This document shows, one piece after another, positions 47,722 to 58,512 of a stretch of DNA of 64,000 nucleotides. Origin of the DNA: Geopsychrobacteraceae bacterium (GTDB lineage: Bacteria; Desulfobacterota; Desulfuromonadia; Desulfuromonadales; Geopsychrobacteraceae); NCBI GenBank assembly GCA_963676795.2, contig CAXXTB010000001.1, positions 288,001 through 352,000 of the forward strand, in the 5' to 3' direction. Positions within the stretch are counted from its first letter, which is position 1. Each line of letters starts with the position of its first letter. The notes under the pieces were generated by a model that saw nothing but the letters and a program-made list of their open reading frames with translations, was not told the DNA's origin and did not search any database. Both the position numbers and the translations under genes were made by a program.

Positions 47722-48894
47722 CTAAACCTGAACTTCCTCGCCAACAGGCGCCCCATGGGTAACCAGAACCCGGTTGTTCTCCCTAGCTAGTGACAACAGC
47801 CAGGCCGCAATCAGAGCGGTCAGCGGTGCGACCATCACCAGACCGATACTGCCGACCAGGGTGCGGAAGATCTCGGCGGCGACCATCTTGAAATTGAGGA
47901 TACGCAACAGCGAAGTGTCCTTGGAGACAAATAGCATGAGCATGGTCAGATAGCCCCCGGAATAGGCGAGCAGCAGGGTGGTGGTCATGGTTCCGGTGAC
48001 CGCGCGGCCGACATTCAGACCCGACTTGAGCAGGTCTTTCGCCAAGATCTCCGGCTTGGCCTGCTTGACCTCGGCCATCGAAGCGGCAACATCCATGGCG
48101 ATATCCATCGCCGCACCGGAAGCACCGATGACCACCGCGGCATAGAAGATAGCGCGCATGTTCAGATTGTAGTGACCGGAAAGCAGCAGGGTCGGAGCAA
48201 AGGGGGCGGTCATGCCGTTGAGTTTGAGCAGCTCACCGAACAGAACGGTGAGAGCCAGAGTTGCGGCCAGGCCGGCCAGAGTGCCGAGGGTTGCCGCCAA
48301 CGCCTTGCGGGTAAAACCGCCGACGAGAAAGATGATCAGCACGGTCAGCAGCAGCAGGGTGACAATCGTCAAAAACAGCGGGTTCTGTCCAGCCAGCAGC
48401 GCCGGCAGCAGGAATTTCCAGATAATGACCACGCTGACGACAAAGCTGATCAGCGCTTTGAAACCGACCTGCCCGGCATAGACCAGCAAGAGCAGGACAA
48501 AAGCGCCGAACAGGACCAGCTCCCAGCCCTGGCGGTACTGACTGATCGCCTTGGCGTAACGGATTCCGTCGGAACCGGCTTGAACCGCCAACAGGGTCTG
48601 ATCTCCCGGGGCATAGACCTCATCCACCTCAAGGGAACCGATCAGCGGGTTGTCTGCTTCCAGCGTCGTCCCTTTCAGCTCCCCTTGGGTGATCAGCACA
48701 GTCAGCCCCTGGCTGCCCAGGTGCCCGACCCCCGACTTGATCAGTTCGTTGTTGTCGACAGCGGTGACCACACCGCGCAGTTCCCTGACATCGCCGACAG
48801 CCGGATCTTTTTCTGGCGCTGGAGAAACAAAAAATGCTCCCAGCACCAGAGCGGCCAGAAGAATCGCAATGATTTTTATTTTTTTAGCTTTCAT
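47722..48894 (-). CDS. YibE/F family membrane protein
   Basis: IGASGAAMDIAMDVA, GTMTTTLLLAYSGG, GSIGLV. Confidence 0.9.
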   Translation of the reverse strand: MKAKKIKIIAILLAALVLGAFFVSPAPEKDPAVGDVRELRGVVTAVDNNELIKSGVGHLGSQGLTVLITQGELKGTTLEADNPLIGSLEVDEVYAPGDQTLLAVQAGSDGIRYAKAISQYRQGWELVLFGAFVLLLLVYAGQVGFKALISFVVSVVIIWKFLLPALLAGQNPLFLTIVTLLLLTVLIIFLVGGFTRKALAATLGTLAGLAATLALTVLFGELLKLNGMTAPFAPTLLLSGHYNLNMRAIFYAAVVIGASGAAMDIAMDVAASMAEVKQAKPEILAKDLLKSGLNVGRAVTGTMTTTLLLAYSGGYLTMLMLFVSKDTSLLRILNFKMVAAEIFRTLVGSIGLVMVAPLTALIAAWLLSLARENNRVLVTHGAPVGEEVQV

Positions 48895-48963
48895 ACCGAT
48901 GCAAAAAGCGCCGGACTGGATTGATCCGATCCGGCGCCTTTCTCCCTGAAGTTGTTACCTGTT

Positions 48964-50388
48964 TTATTGAGCCATTGCGACCTTGGGTTCGCTCAGCTGA
49001 AAATCGAGCACTTCAGCCATGGTTCTGGCGATCTCGGTGTTGTCCTTGTAGCCCATGAACTTGAGGGCGTAGGTACCGACAGCACCCATCGGGATCTGGG
49101 TCGCGGTGTGGGCAAAAGTGGTCCACTCGACATTGGCACGCTCGCTGAGAATATGAGCAACCGCGATCTGAGTCGGGGAGTAGCCACCGTAGGTGTTGGC
49201 GTCATTGGCGCCGGCATCCTGCTGCTTGGCGGCATCGACCAGGATCGCTTTTTCTTTTTCAGTCATATCGGCCAGGCCGAAACGCTGGGCGACGGTCTTG
49301 AGGTAGGCATCGACATTACCGGTGTAAACCTTGGCCATAACATCTTCGATGGATGCCTTGGTGCTCTGAACAGCGTCCATCTTGAGGAAGTAGTTCTTGC
49401 CGAAACCGAGGCCCAGACCACCGGTCTCATGGTCACCGACCAGAACGATCAGAGTGTCCTCCGGATGCTTGTTGTAGAATTCAAGAGCAACCTTGATCGA
49501 ATCGTCAAGCGCCAGGGTATCGTAGATCGAACCGGCAACGTCGTTGGCATGGCAGGCATGGTCGATACGACCGGCTTCGACCATCATGAAGAATGGGCGG
49601 TTGTGGCTCATCAGAACGTCGATCCCCTTCTCAACCATCTGTGACAGGGCTGGAACCTTGCTGTCGCTGTTGAGACGGTCCAGTTCATAAGGCATGTGGG
49701 AGTAGGACAGAGCGGCAAAAACCTGAGCATTCTTGGCCGGCTTGTAGCTTGCAAAAGAGGCGGAAGCTTTTTCACCGACGAAGGTCTTGTAGCCGGCATG
49801 AGCCATTTCAGCGACGATATCACGGGAATCCTTACGCTTCGACTTGAACTCGCCATCCTTCTTGACGAAGTGACGGAATCCACCGCCGGCGATGAAGTCA
49901 ACACCACTGTCGGACATGTCAGCTGCAATCCCGTTTTCATCGTCACGGGAAATATTGTGAGAAGCAAAAACGGCCGGAGTCGCGTGGGTCAGGCGGGTGG
50001 TGGTGATGATACCGGTCGCCCAGCCTTTTTCCTCAGCGGCTTCGATCAGGCTCTTGACATTCTCGCCGTTTGGCAACTGACTGATAACGCCGTTGTTGGT
50101 CTTGTAACCGGTGGCCAGCGCGGTCCCGGCAGCAGCGGAGTCGGTGACCAGCGAATCACTGGAGTAGGTGGTGTTGATACCGGCAACCGGCATCTGGTTC
50201 ATGGCCAGCTTCAGCTTCGGGTTAGCGGTCTGCTGTTGAGCGTAAAACTCGGCGACCTGACGCTGGGAGGCACCCAGGCCATCACCAATGAAATAGAAGA
50301 CATACTGTGGAGTTGCCGCAAAGGCGGAACCGGCGGTCAGCAACAGGAAAGCGCTTATGGCCATAACTTTCTGAGTACGACGAAACAT
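48964..50388 (-). CDS. phoA: Alkaline phosphatase (PhoA family)
   Basis: FIGDGLG, VTDSAAAGTA catalytic Ser, HATPA, EAGRIDHACH, GDHETGG; signal peptide. Confidence 0.93.
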   Translation of the reverse strand: MFRRTQKVMAISAFLLLTAGSAFAATPQYVFYFIGDGLGASQRQVAEFYAQQQTANPKLKLAMNQMPVAGINTTYSSDSLVTDSAAAGTALATGYKTNNGVISQLPNGENVKSLIEAAEEKGWATGIITTTRLTHATPAVFASHNISRDDENGIAADMSDSGVDFIAGGGFRHFVKKDGEFKSKRKDSRDIVAEMAHAGYKTFVGEKASASFASYKPAKNAQVFAALSYSHMPYELDRLNSDSKVPALSQMVEKGIDVLMSHNRPFFMMVEAGRIDHACHANDVAGSIYDTLALDDSIKVALEFYNKHPEDTLIVLVGDHETGGLGLGFGKNYFLKMDAVQSTKASIEDVMAKVYTGNVDAYLKTVAQRFGLADMTEKEKAILVDAAKQQDAGANDANTYGGYSPTQIAVAHILSERANVEWTTFAHTATQIPMGAVGTYALKFMGYKDNTEIARTMAEVLDFQLSEPKVAMAQ

Positions 50389-50467
50389 CTCTTTCTCCTT
50401 GATAAGGTAAGATTGTAAACAGGCATTTACACAAGAACACGTGTACAATGAAAATTAACTCCTCTTT

Positions 50468-50484
50468 CGTTAGCAGCCGGTTAG
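50468..50484 (-). promoter_or_regulatory. Pho-box-like repeat upstream of phoA
   Basis: Sense strand CTAACC-N5-CTAACG. Confidence 0.55.
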
Positions 50485-50641
50485 GGGAGTATTATATTTT
50501 CTTTGGAAGCCAGAAAGAGCTGAGTGGCTTATCCGGCATCTGATCTTTTCTCTCGAGTCGCTTGACCTGTTGTCTTTTTGCTGGCCTTGGCTTGTCAAAG
50601 GGCGCTATCTTGGATTCCGTTTTTCCAGACGACGGAGTCCT

Positions 50642-51568
50642 ATGAACCGCTATCATCACCTGCTGCCGATTTTCAGCCTGTTCCTGGCCATGATGCTCTG
50701 GGCCAGTTCCTTTGTCGCCCTGAAGATCGCCTTTCAAAGCTACCATCCGATGCAGGTCATCTTCGGCCGCATGCTGATCGCAACCTGCTGTTTTCTGCTG
50801 TTTATTCCCTCGTTTCGCAAAATCAGACTGCGGCGCAAGGATGTCAAATACCTGATCATCATGGCCCTCTGCGAGCCCTGCCTCTACTTCCTCTTTGAAG
50901 CCAAGGCGCTTGAACTGACCAGCGCCTCGCAGGCGGGCATGATCACCGCAATGCTGCCGTTGCTGGTTGCGGTGCTGGCCTGGCTCGCCCTCAAGGAAAA
51001 GATCAGTCGCCGCACCCTGGTCGGTTTTCTGCTGGCGATCATCGGAGCCGGCTGGCTCAGCCTGGCCGGGGAGTCAACCCTGAACGCCCCGGCTCCGTTG
51101 CTCGGCAACCTCTGCGAATTCGCGGCCATGCTCTGCGCTGCCGGGTACACGGTGTCGCTCAAACACCTGACCAGTAACCTGCCGCCGCTGTTTCTCACCG
51201 CTTTCCAGGCCTTTGTCGGCAGCCTGTTCTTCGCCCCCTTTCTGCTCCTGCCGCATGTCGGTCTGCCGACCAGCTGGGACAGCCTTCCGGCCCTGGCGAT
51301 CATCTACCTGGGGACCTTCATTACCTTCGGCGCCTACGGCTGTTACAATTTCTCCGTCAGCCGCGTCCCGGCCAGCAAAGCGGCCGGCTATGTCAACCTG
51401 ATCCCGGTCTTCAGTGTTATCCTCGGCATGCTACTGCTCGGCGATCGTCTCAATCTGCAGCAATGGCTGGCCTGCCTACTGGTGTTCTGCGGGGTCTGGA
51501 TGAGTAGCAGGGGAGGGAAAAGCAAGAAGGATTTTCCACTGGAGGTCAACTATGAGTTACACCATTGA
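50642..51568 (+). CDS. DMT/EamA family transporter
   Basis: LWASSF, two EamA repeats, NLIPVF. Confidence 0.9.
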   Translation: MNRYHHLLPIFSLFLAMMLWASSFVALKIAFQSYHPMQVIFGRMLIATCCFLLFIPSFRKIRLRRKDVKYLIIMALCEPCLYFLFEAKALELTSASQAGMITAMLPLLVAVLAWLALKEKISRRTLVGFLLAIIGAGWLSLAGESTLNAPAPLLGNLCEFAAMLCAAGYTVSLKHLTSNLPPLFLTAFQAFVGSLFFAPFLLLPHVGLPTSWDSLPALAIIYLGTFITFGAYGCYNFSVSRVPASKAAGYVNLIPVFSVILGMLLLGDRLNLQQWLACLLVFCGVWMSSRGGKSKKDFPLEVNYELHH

Positions 51569-52256
51569 ACCGGTTGCCGTTATCCGCTCACCTTTCCGGG
51601 AAAAGTTCGCCACGCCGAGGCAACCGGGGCTGACCCCGTCGCTGCAGGCCAGTATCGAATTTATCGGGCCGTACGCGGACCCGAATGCCATCAGCGATCT
51701 GAAGCAGTTCAGCCACATCTGGCTGCTGTTTCTCTTTGATCAGAACTGGGACAAGGGCTGGACAGCGCGGGTCAGACCGCCGCGCTTAGGCGGCAACAAA
51801 CGGGTTGGGGTCTTTGCCACCCGTTCACCGTTCAGACCGAACCCGATCGGCCTGTCCGCGGTAAAACTGATCGACATCGACTGCCGCAACGACCAGCTGC
51901 GACTGATCGTTGAAGGGGCGGACCTGGTTGACGGCACCCCGATTATCGACATCAAGCCCTACATCCCCTACAGCGACTCTATCCCTTCAGCGGCCGGCGG
52001 TTTTGCTGATGGTCCGCCGCCCCTGCTCGAGGTCTGCTTCACTGAGGATGCGCAGAAGCAGCTCCTGACGCACGCAAATCCGCAACTTTTCAGTCAGCAG
52101 ATTCGTGAGGTTTTGAGTCTCGACCCGCGCCCCGCCTATCGCCGTACAAGCGACGACGGGCAGGAATATGGCGTCTTACTCGAAAACTTCAATATTCGTT
52201 GGCAGGTTGTCGGAGAGCAGGTTCTGGTGACCAGCCTTGAAAGAATAACCGGTTAA
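51552..52256 (+). CDS. trmO: tRNA m6t6A37 methyltransferase TrmO
   Basis: EKFATPRQPGL, VRPPRLGGN, GVFATRSPFRPN, DGTPIIDIKPY, DPRPAY. Confidence 0.94.
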   Translation: MSYTIEPVAVIRSPFREKFATPRQPGLTPSLQASIEFIGPYADPNAISDLKQFSHIWLLFLFDQNWDKGWTARVRPPRLGGNKRVGVFATRSPFRPNPIGLSAVKLIDIDCRNDQLRLIVEGADLVDGTPIIDIKPYIPYSDSIPSAAGGFADGPPPLLEVCFTEDAQKQLLTHANPQLFSQQIREVLSLDPRPAYRRTSDDGQEYGVLLENFNIRWQVVGEQVLVTSLERITG

Positions 52257-52432
52257 TCGCAATCAGGGCGCCACAGACAGTCTGCCTGTCCGCAGGAAGC
52301 GGCAAAACCGGTCAGAAAACACTGCGGGTTTCCTTCGGCTTCCTGAATAGCCCTGACCAGTTCGGTCTTTTTCATTTTTCCCGGTTTGATCCCGAGTTCG
52401 GCGGCAACTTTTTTAATCTCTGTCATGTTCAT
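52253..52432 (-). CDS. Small SAP/Rho-N-like protein with four Cys
   Basis: KKTELVRAIQEAEGN.QCF...CGQADCLWRPDC; GGAG RBS. Confidence 0.8.
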   Translation of the reverse strand: MNMTEIKKVAAELGIKPGKMKKTELVRAIQEAEGNPQCFLTGFAASCGQADCLWRPDCD

Positions 52433-52570
52433 TGTCAAATCTCCAAACTTTTCAGTAATTCGTACAGAACGCATCAACAGAAAATATAGCGCTGACCAAA
52501 CAATCTGCAATCGCAGCAGAGAAAAATAATCCGATTCTCACACAAAAAATCGAGAAACAAAGATAAGCCC

Positions 52571-52892
52571 GTTTCAACAGATTTTTATCAAAACTCCGCA
52601 ACGCGGAGTTTTTCCGGTTCTGCCCATTAGCTGAGCAAAGCTAAGCGTGGGGCGCGCTGTCGGTTGCTGGTGTGAACCAACGAAGAAATGAAGGCAGGAA
52701 AACGACAATTTAAAGGGCGTTTTTGTCTTGCTTTTTGGGGCCCTGGCCAAAAAGCAAGGCGGCGTTCGGGGCCGCGACCCCGAGGTCTTGGTTTTCAACT
52801 GTTTTGAAAACCATAAAATCAAAGTCGCCGGTTCTCGCACCGGCAGGCAACGCACTTTTCTTTGGTCGCAAAGAAAAGTGCGCGAAAGAAAC
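52571..52892. repeat. Dispersed multi-hairpin element, copy 2
   Basis: Collinear with 15759-16044, with an extra hairpin ttagct..agctaa inserted near 52626. Confidence 0.85.
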
Positions 52893-53001
52893 TTTTTGAA
52901 AACACTGGCATAAGCCGTTCATGCCACACAATAACGGGTCACACCAGCAAAACGGAACGCGCCCCAAGATGCGCGAGCGCATCAACGGGCAGAACCGAAT
53001 T

Positions 53002-53038
53002 ATGCCAAAGGCGGGCCGTTGAGGCCCGCCTTTGGCAT
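53002..53038. terminator. Hairpin 3' of acnA
   Basis: atgccaaaggcgggcc-gttga-ggcccgcctttggcat, 16-bp stem. Confidence 0.7.
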
Positions 53039-53042
53039 TTCG

Positions 53043-55700
53043 TCATTTTTTCATCAGGTTAAGCAGAACATAGTTGAGAATCCCGCCGCTCTGGTAGTAA
53101 CCGATCTCCTGATCGGTATCGACGCGACAGAGCACCTCCAGGCTTTCACCGCTCCCGTCAGCACGGTGGATGGTCAGCTTGAGGGTCTGCTTCGGTTTCA
53201 GCACTGAGACTGACGGCATGGTGAACGCTTCGCTGCCATCGAGCTTGAGGCTTTCCGCTGAGCTGCCGCCGCTGAACTGCAGCGGCAGAATCCCCATACC
53301 GACCAGGTTGGAACGGTGAATCCGTTCGAAGCTCTCGGCCAGAACCGCTTTGACCCCGAGCAGCAGGGTGCCTTTGGCCGCCCAGTCACGGCTTGAACCG
53401 GTACCGTACTCCTTGCCGGCAATGACCATCAGGGGCGTTCCATCCTGTTGATAAAGCATTGAAGCATCGTAGATGCTCATGGTTTCTCCGCCTGGCGGGT
53501 AGCAGGAAACACCACCTTCGCTGCCCGGCACCATCCGGTTGCGCAGACGGATATTGGCAAAGGTACCGCGCATCATGACCTCATGGTTGCCGCGTCGTGA
53601 TCCGTAGGAATTGTAATCCTGCTCAACGACGCCATGTTCGCTAAGATACCTGCCCGCCGGGCTGCTCGCCTTGATCGATCCGGCCGGCGAGATGTGATCG
53701 GTGGTGATCGAATCGCCGAGCAGGGCGAGCAGACGCGCCTGGTCGATACCGGCAAAGCCCTGATTGACTTCGAGTTTATCGAAGAAAGAGGGGAGACGGA
53801 TATAGGTCGAGTCGGGATCCCAAGCGTAGGTCTGACCTTCGGGAGCCGGCAGGCTCTGCCAGGCCTGATCGCCGGAAAAAACTTCGGCGTATTCCTTCTG
53901 GAACATCTGGGCGTTGACCAGTGAGACCATTTCGGCGACCTCGGCATTGCTCGGCCAGATATCCTTGAGATAAACAGCTTCCCCTGCCTTGTTGTGACCG
54001 ACCGGCTCAGTGGTCAAATCGATGCGGGTTGTGCCGGCCAGGGCGAAGGCCACGACCATTGGCGGTGAGGCCAGCCAGTTGGCTTTGACCTGAGCGTGGA
54101 TGCGCCCTTCAAAGTTACGGTTACCGGAAAGCACCGAGCAGACGGTCAGTTCCCCCTGATCGATCGCCTGGGCGACAGGTTCTGCCAATGGGCCCGAGTT
54201 GCCGATACAGGTGGTACAGCCGTAACCGACAATGTTGAAACCGAGCTGATCAAGATAGCTCTGCAGCCCGGCCTTGGCCAGATAGTCGGTGACCACCTTG
54301 GAACCGGGCGCCAGTGAGGTCTTGACCCAGGCCTTCTGCTGCAGGCCGAGTTCGACAGCTTTTTTGGCAACCAGCCCTGCGGCCATCATGACCGCAGGGT
54401 TTGAGGTATTGGTGCAGGAGGTGATGGCGGCGATAACCACATCGCCGTGGTTCAGCCTGTCGTTGCTCCCCGGAATGGTGACACCTTCAGCGTCCAGCTG
54501 CGGCAGAACCTGCTCGGTCGCCGTGCGCATTCCTTCAAGCAGAACCTTGTCCTGTGGACGCTTGGGACCGGCCAGGCTGGGTCTGACCGTCGCCATGTCG
54601 AGCTCAAGCAGTGAGCTGTATTGCGGATCGGGCGTTGCGTCGGTCCGCCACAGCCCCTGCTCCTTGCAATAGGCTTCAACCAAAGCGATGGTTTCATCGC
54701 TACGGCCGGAGAGCTTGAGGTAATCGAGAGTAATCTGATCGATCGGGAAAAAACCGCAGGTTGCACCGTATTCCGGAGCCATATTGCCGATCGTCGCCCG
54801 GTCCGCCAGCGGCAGTTGGGAAAGTCCGGAGCCAAAGAATTCGACAAACTTGCCGACAACGCCATGCTTGCGCAGCATCTGAGTCACGGTCAGAACCAGG
54901 TCGGTGGCGGTGACGCCTTCACTTAAGGCGCCGGTCAGACGGAAGCCGACAACCTCCGGTATGAGCATCGAGATCGGCTGGCCAAGCATCGCCGCTTCCG
55001 CTTCGATACCGCCGACCCCCCAGCCCAGGACACCGAGACCGTTGACCATCGTGGTGTGACTGTCGGTGCCGACCAGGGTATCAGGGTAGGCGAGGGTTTC
55101 CCCATCTGCCTCTTCGCTCCAGACACCTTTGGCCAGGTATTCGAGATTGACCTGGTGACAGATACCGGTTCCGGGGGGGACGACACGGAAATTATCGAAA
55201 GCCTTCTGCCCCCAGCGCAGGAAAACATAACGTTCGCGGTTACGCTCCATCTCCTTGTCGACATTGGCGGAAAAAGCGCCCGGCTGGCCGAACTCATCGA
55301 CCATGACCGAGTGGTCGATGACCAGATCGACCGGAATCTGCGGATTGATGCAGGAAGGATCGCCGCCGTTCCTGGCCACTGCATCACGCATGGCAGCCAG
55401 ATCGACGATAGCCGGGACACCGGTAAAATCCTGCATCAGGACCCGGGCCGGACTGAAGGATATTTCGTCGTTGCCGGCTGTCTCGGGACTCCAGCCGGCA
55501 ACGGCTTCTATATCACGGCGAGTAATCGCCTGCCCATCCTCTTTGCGCAGCAGGTTCTCAAGCAGAACCTTGATCGTAAACGGTAGACGATCCGGTTCTC
55601 CCAGGCCTGCAGCTGCTGCAGCCTTAAGACTGAAATATCTATAGCTACGCCCGGCTACCTTGAGGATACTGGCAGTTTCAAACGAATTACCTGCCTTCAT
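53043..55700 (-). CDS. acnA: Aconitate hydratase A
   Basis: [46 protein letters not shown]. Confidence 0.98.
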   Translation of the reverse strand: MKAGNSFETASILKVAGRSYRYFSLKAAAAAGLGEPDRLPFTIKVLLENLLRKEDGQAITRRDIEAVAGWSPETAGNDEISFSPARVLMQDFTGVPAIVDLAAMRDAVARNGGDPSCINPQIPVDLVIDHSVMVDEFGQPGAFSANVDKEMERNRERYVFLRWGQKAFDNFRVVPPGTGICHQVNLEYLAKGVWSEEADGETLAYPDTLVGTDSHTTMVNGLGVLGWGVGGIEAEAAMLGQPISMLIPEVVGFRLTGALSEGVTATDLVLTVTQMLRKHGVVGKFVEFFGSGLSQLPLADRATIGNMAPEYGATCGFFPIDQITLDYLKLSGRSDETIALVEAYCKEQGLWRTDATPDPQYSSLLELDMATVRPSLAGPKRPQDKVLLEGMRTATEQVLPQLDAEGVTIPGSNDRLNHGDVVIAAITSCTNTSNPAVMMAAGLVAKKAVELGLQQKAWVKTSLAPGSKVVTDYLAKAGLQSYLDQLGFNIVGYGCTTCIGNSGPLAEPVAQAIDQGELTVCSVLSGNRNFEGRIHAQVKANWLASPPMVVAFALAGTTRIDLTTEPVGHNKAGEAVYLKDIWPSNAEVAEMVSLVNAQMFQKEYAEVFSGDQAWQSLPAPEGQTYAWDPDSTYIRLPSFFDKLEVNQGFAGIDQARLLALLGDSITTDHISPAGSIKASSPAGRYLSEHGVVEQDYNSYGSRRGNHEVMMRGTFANIRLRNRMVPGSEGGVSCYPPGGETMSIYDASMLYQQDGTPLMVIAGKEYGTGSSRDWAAKGTLLLGVKAVLAESFERIHRSNLVGMGILPLQFSGGSSAESLKLDGSEAFTMPSVSVLKPKQTLKLTIHRADGSGESLEVLCRVDTDQEIGYYQSGGILNYVLLNLMKK

Positions 55701-55806
55701 CTTGACCTCCTATTTTAGTTCAAGTCGTGGATATTGTTGATGCTCATATAGCATACTCCAACATTTTACCGAATTGATAGAAGGTCGCTCATTAATTTTC
55801 AGTCGG

Positions 55807-57591
55807 CTATTTTTTTCCCTTGTGGTTCTTGGGCAGAATAATCGTAAAGAGACTCCCCTGGCCAACCTGACTCTGGACCGTCACCCTGCCGCCGTGAGCG
55901 TTACAGATGTGTTTGACGATCGCCAGCCCCAGGCCTGTTCCGCCAAGGTCACGACTGCGCGCCTGATCGATCCGGTAGAAACGTTCAAAGAGCCGCGGCA
56001 AATGTTCCTCCGCGATCCCCGGTCCGGAGTCTTTAACCGAAATCGCCACTTCCTCGCTCAGATCCTTGGCCTCGATCACCACTTCACTGCCACTTGGGCT
56101 GTACTTGATGGCGTTGCTGAGCAGGTTGATAATCGCCTGCTCCAGGAGTGGAGCATTGACCCTGGCGCGTAAATCTTCGCCACAAACGACCTTGAGCCTG
56201 GTCTGCTGGCGAGCCTGCAGGGATTCACAGCCTCCCTTGGCGCCTTCGAGCAACGGCAGCAGTTTGGTTTCCTCAAGTTCCCAGGAACCGTCCTTGCTCC
56301 CCTGTTCAATCCGCGACAGATCGAGCAGATCCTCAACCAGGGCATTGAGACGCTCACTCTGCTTGAAGATAATCTGCAGGAAGCGTTGACAGGCCTGATC
56401 AAACCCCTCCTCGTCGAGCAGGGTCTCCACCGCACCGCGAATCGCCGTTATCGGTGTTTTCAGCTCGTGGGAAACATTGGCTACAAAATCGCGCCGCACC
56501 GATTCGAGCTGGCGCATGTGGGTCAGATCATGAAGAACGATAAGCACACCGATCCGCTCATGCAGCTTTCCGGTCAACGGTGCAGCCTGAACATGGAGAT
56601 AGCGCTTTTCCGGACTGAGCAGCACCAGCTCATCTTCTAGCGGCCCCTGGGCCTGCAGAGCTTCTGTCACGAAGCGCAGCAGTCCGGAATGACGGATCAA
56701 CCCCTGAATCGGGCAACCCGGGTCAACCTTTGAGCTTATACCAAATAAATCTGAGGCTGCAGCGTTCATACGTATAACCTGTTCATTATTATCGATAGCA
56801 ATGATCCCCTCGACCATACAGCCGAGAATGGCTTCAATTTCACTGCGCTGTTCCACCTCTTTTTCGATCAGCCCCGACAGATCGCCTGCCATGGAGTTGA
56901 GTGCTTTTGCCAGGCGGCTGGTCTCGACGGAACCGCTTTCGATGAGCGGGACATCCAGTTCCCCCTGCGAAAAACGCTGGGCCGCGGCGGTCATCTGTTC
57001 CAGAGGCCGGCTGATTCGGCGTGACAACAACCAGGACACCGGTGCCGCAATGATAATGATCAGCACCCCGGCCAGAACCAGACGCCGGTAGACCTGGCTC
57101 AGTGTCTCATCGATATCGGAAACGCTGATAGCGGTCCTGACCGAACCTAGAACCCGGTCATTCTCCACGAATGGAATGGCGACATACATCAGTGTCTGCC
57201 CAAGGGTTCGACTGAAGCGCACTGCCTGGCCATAGTCCTGGCTCCGGGTACTGACCACCTCCGGACGTTTGCCGTGATTTTCCATCCTGGTGGAATCTTC
57301 ATCTGAATCAGCCAGAACCACGCCATCCTCACGGATGATCGTGATCCTGGTTCCGGACCTCTCTCCCAGCATCCTGACCCGGGTGGTCAGCTGCTGCGCA
57401 TTGTCCAAGGAAAACGAGCCGTGCAGCTGTTCGGCAACAAGTTCAGCCCTGGCTTTCAGATCTGCGGCTGTCTGTGCGTAATGAAATGACTTGAGAACAA
57501 CGGAGACATACCAGCCAAGACCGACCAGAACCAGGACAGCCAGAAGGATATAGGTCGGATAGAGATGCCAGACCAGGCGCTTTAATCTCAT
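55807..57591 (-). CDS. phoR: PhoR-type sensor kinase (HAMP-PAS-HisKA-HATPase)
   Basis: RRDFVANVSHELKTP, HLPRLFERFYRID.ARSR..GGTGLGL. Confidence 0.9.
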   Translation of the reverse strand: MRLKRLVWHLYPTYILLAVLVLVGLGWYVSVVLKSFHYAQTAADLKARAELVAEQLHGSFSLDNAQQLTTRVRMLGERSGTRITIIREDGVVLADSDEDSTRMENHGKRPEVVSTRSQDYGQAVRFSRTLGQTLMYVAIPFVENDRVLGSVRTAISVSDIDETLSQVYRRLVLAGVLIIIIAAPVSWLLSRRISRPLEQMTAAAQRFSQGELDVPLIESGSVETSRLAKALNSMAGDLSGLIEKEVEQRSEIEAILGCMVEGIIAIDNNEQVIRMNAAASDLFGISSKVDPGCPIQGLIRHSGLLRFVTEALQAQGPLEDELVLLSPEKRYLHVQAAPLTGKLHERIGVLIVLHDLTHMRQLESVRRDFVANVSHELKTPITAIRGAVETLLDEEGFDQACQRFLQIIFKQSERLNALVEDLLDLSRIEQGSKDGSWELEETKLLPLLEGAKGGCESLQARQQTRLKVVCGEDLRARVNAPLLEQAIINLLSNAIKYSPSGSEVVIEAKDLSEEVAISVKDSGPGIAEEHLPRLFERFYRIDQARSRDLGGTGLGLAIVKHICNAHGGRVTVQSQVGQGSLFTIILPKNHKGKK

Positions 57592-58289
57592 GACAGTTCC
57601 TTGAAACGATAACCGACTCCACGTACGGTTTCGATGTAGTGGCCACAGGGGCCAAGTTTTTTCCTCAAACCGGCGATCTGAACGTCGACTGCACGGTCGG
57701 TCACCGCATAATCCTCACCACGTACGGCGTTGACGATCTGATAGCGGGTAAACACCCAGCCGGGGCGACTGGCCAGGGCTTCGAGCACCCTGAACTCGGT
57801 AAAGGTCAGTTCAACCGGACTGCCACAGACCACGACCTGGTTGCGCCCGCTATGGATCGTCAGTTCATCGAAATGCAGTTCCTGCTCCTGGCTGGCCATC
57901 TCAGTCTCTACATTGCGCCGCATAACTGCCTGCACACGAGCCAGCAGGACCTTGACACTGAACGGTTTGGTGACGTAATCGTCCGCACCCATTTCAAGTC
58001 CTTGGACAACGTCCCGCTCTTCGCCGCGGGCGGTGAGCATGATGATCGGTATTTCCTGGGTATCTTCATCAGATTTCAATCTCTTACAGATCTCAAGACC
58101 ATCGATACCCGGCAGCATCAGGTCGAGAAGGATCAGGTCCGGGCGCTTGATTCCGACCAGTTTCAGCCCCTCTTCACCACAGGTCGCACAGACCACATCG
58201 TACCCCGCCTTGATCAGGTTGAAGTGGAGAAGGGCGAGAATATCCTCCTCATCCTCAACGACCAGAACTGTTTTTTTATCTTCTGACAT
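57588..58289 (-). CDS. phoB: PhoB-type response regulator
   Basis: LDLMLPGIDG, LTARGEE.D.V.GLE.GADDY, RAVDVQI..LRKKL, ETVRGVGYRF. Confidence 0.88.
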   Translation of the reverse strand: MSEDKKTVLVVEDEEDILALLHFNLIKAGYDVVCATCGEEGLKLVGIKRPDLILLDLMLPGIDGLEICKRLKSDEDTQEIPIIMLTARGEERDVVQGLEMGADDYVTKPFSVKVLLARVQAVMRRNVETEMASQEQELHFDELTIHSGRNQVVVCGSPVELTFTEFRVLEALASRPGWVFTRYQIVNAVRGEDYAVTDRAVDVQIAGLRKKLGPCGHYIETVRGVGYRFKELS

Positions 58290-58340
58290 ATCAACTCCAA
58301 ACATTGTCTAATAATATTTGAATGGAAGTATATCGTTCAA

Positions 58341-58357
58341 TGTTAGGATATTGTGAA
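58341..58357 (-). promoter_or_regulatory. Pho-box-like repeat upstream of phoBR
   Basis: Sense strand TTCACA-N5-CTAACA. Confidence 0.6.
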
Positions 58358-58512
58358 TTTGCTAACAATATTTTGCCAAGATTGTTTTTTGGTTATTTTT
58401 TTCCATAAAACTATACTGATTAAAAAAATAACGTTGTTTTTATATTTGGCCTGTGCTAGAAGCGAAAATATCGTGTCTCGGTTGCCCTCGTATAATTTTC
58501 AAGGAGTTTAGA

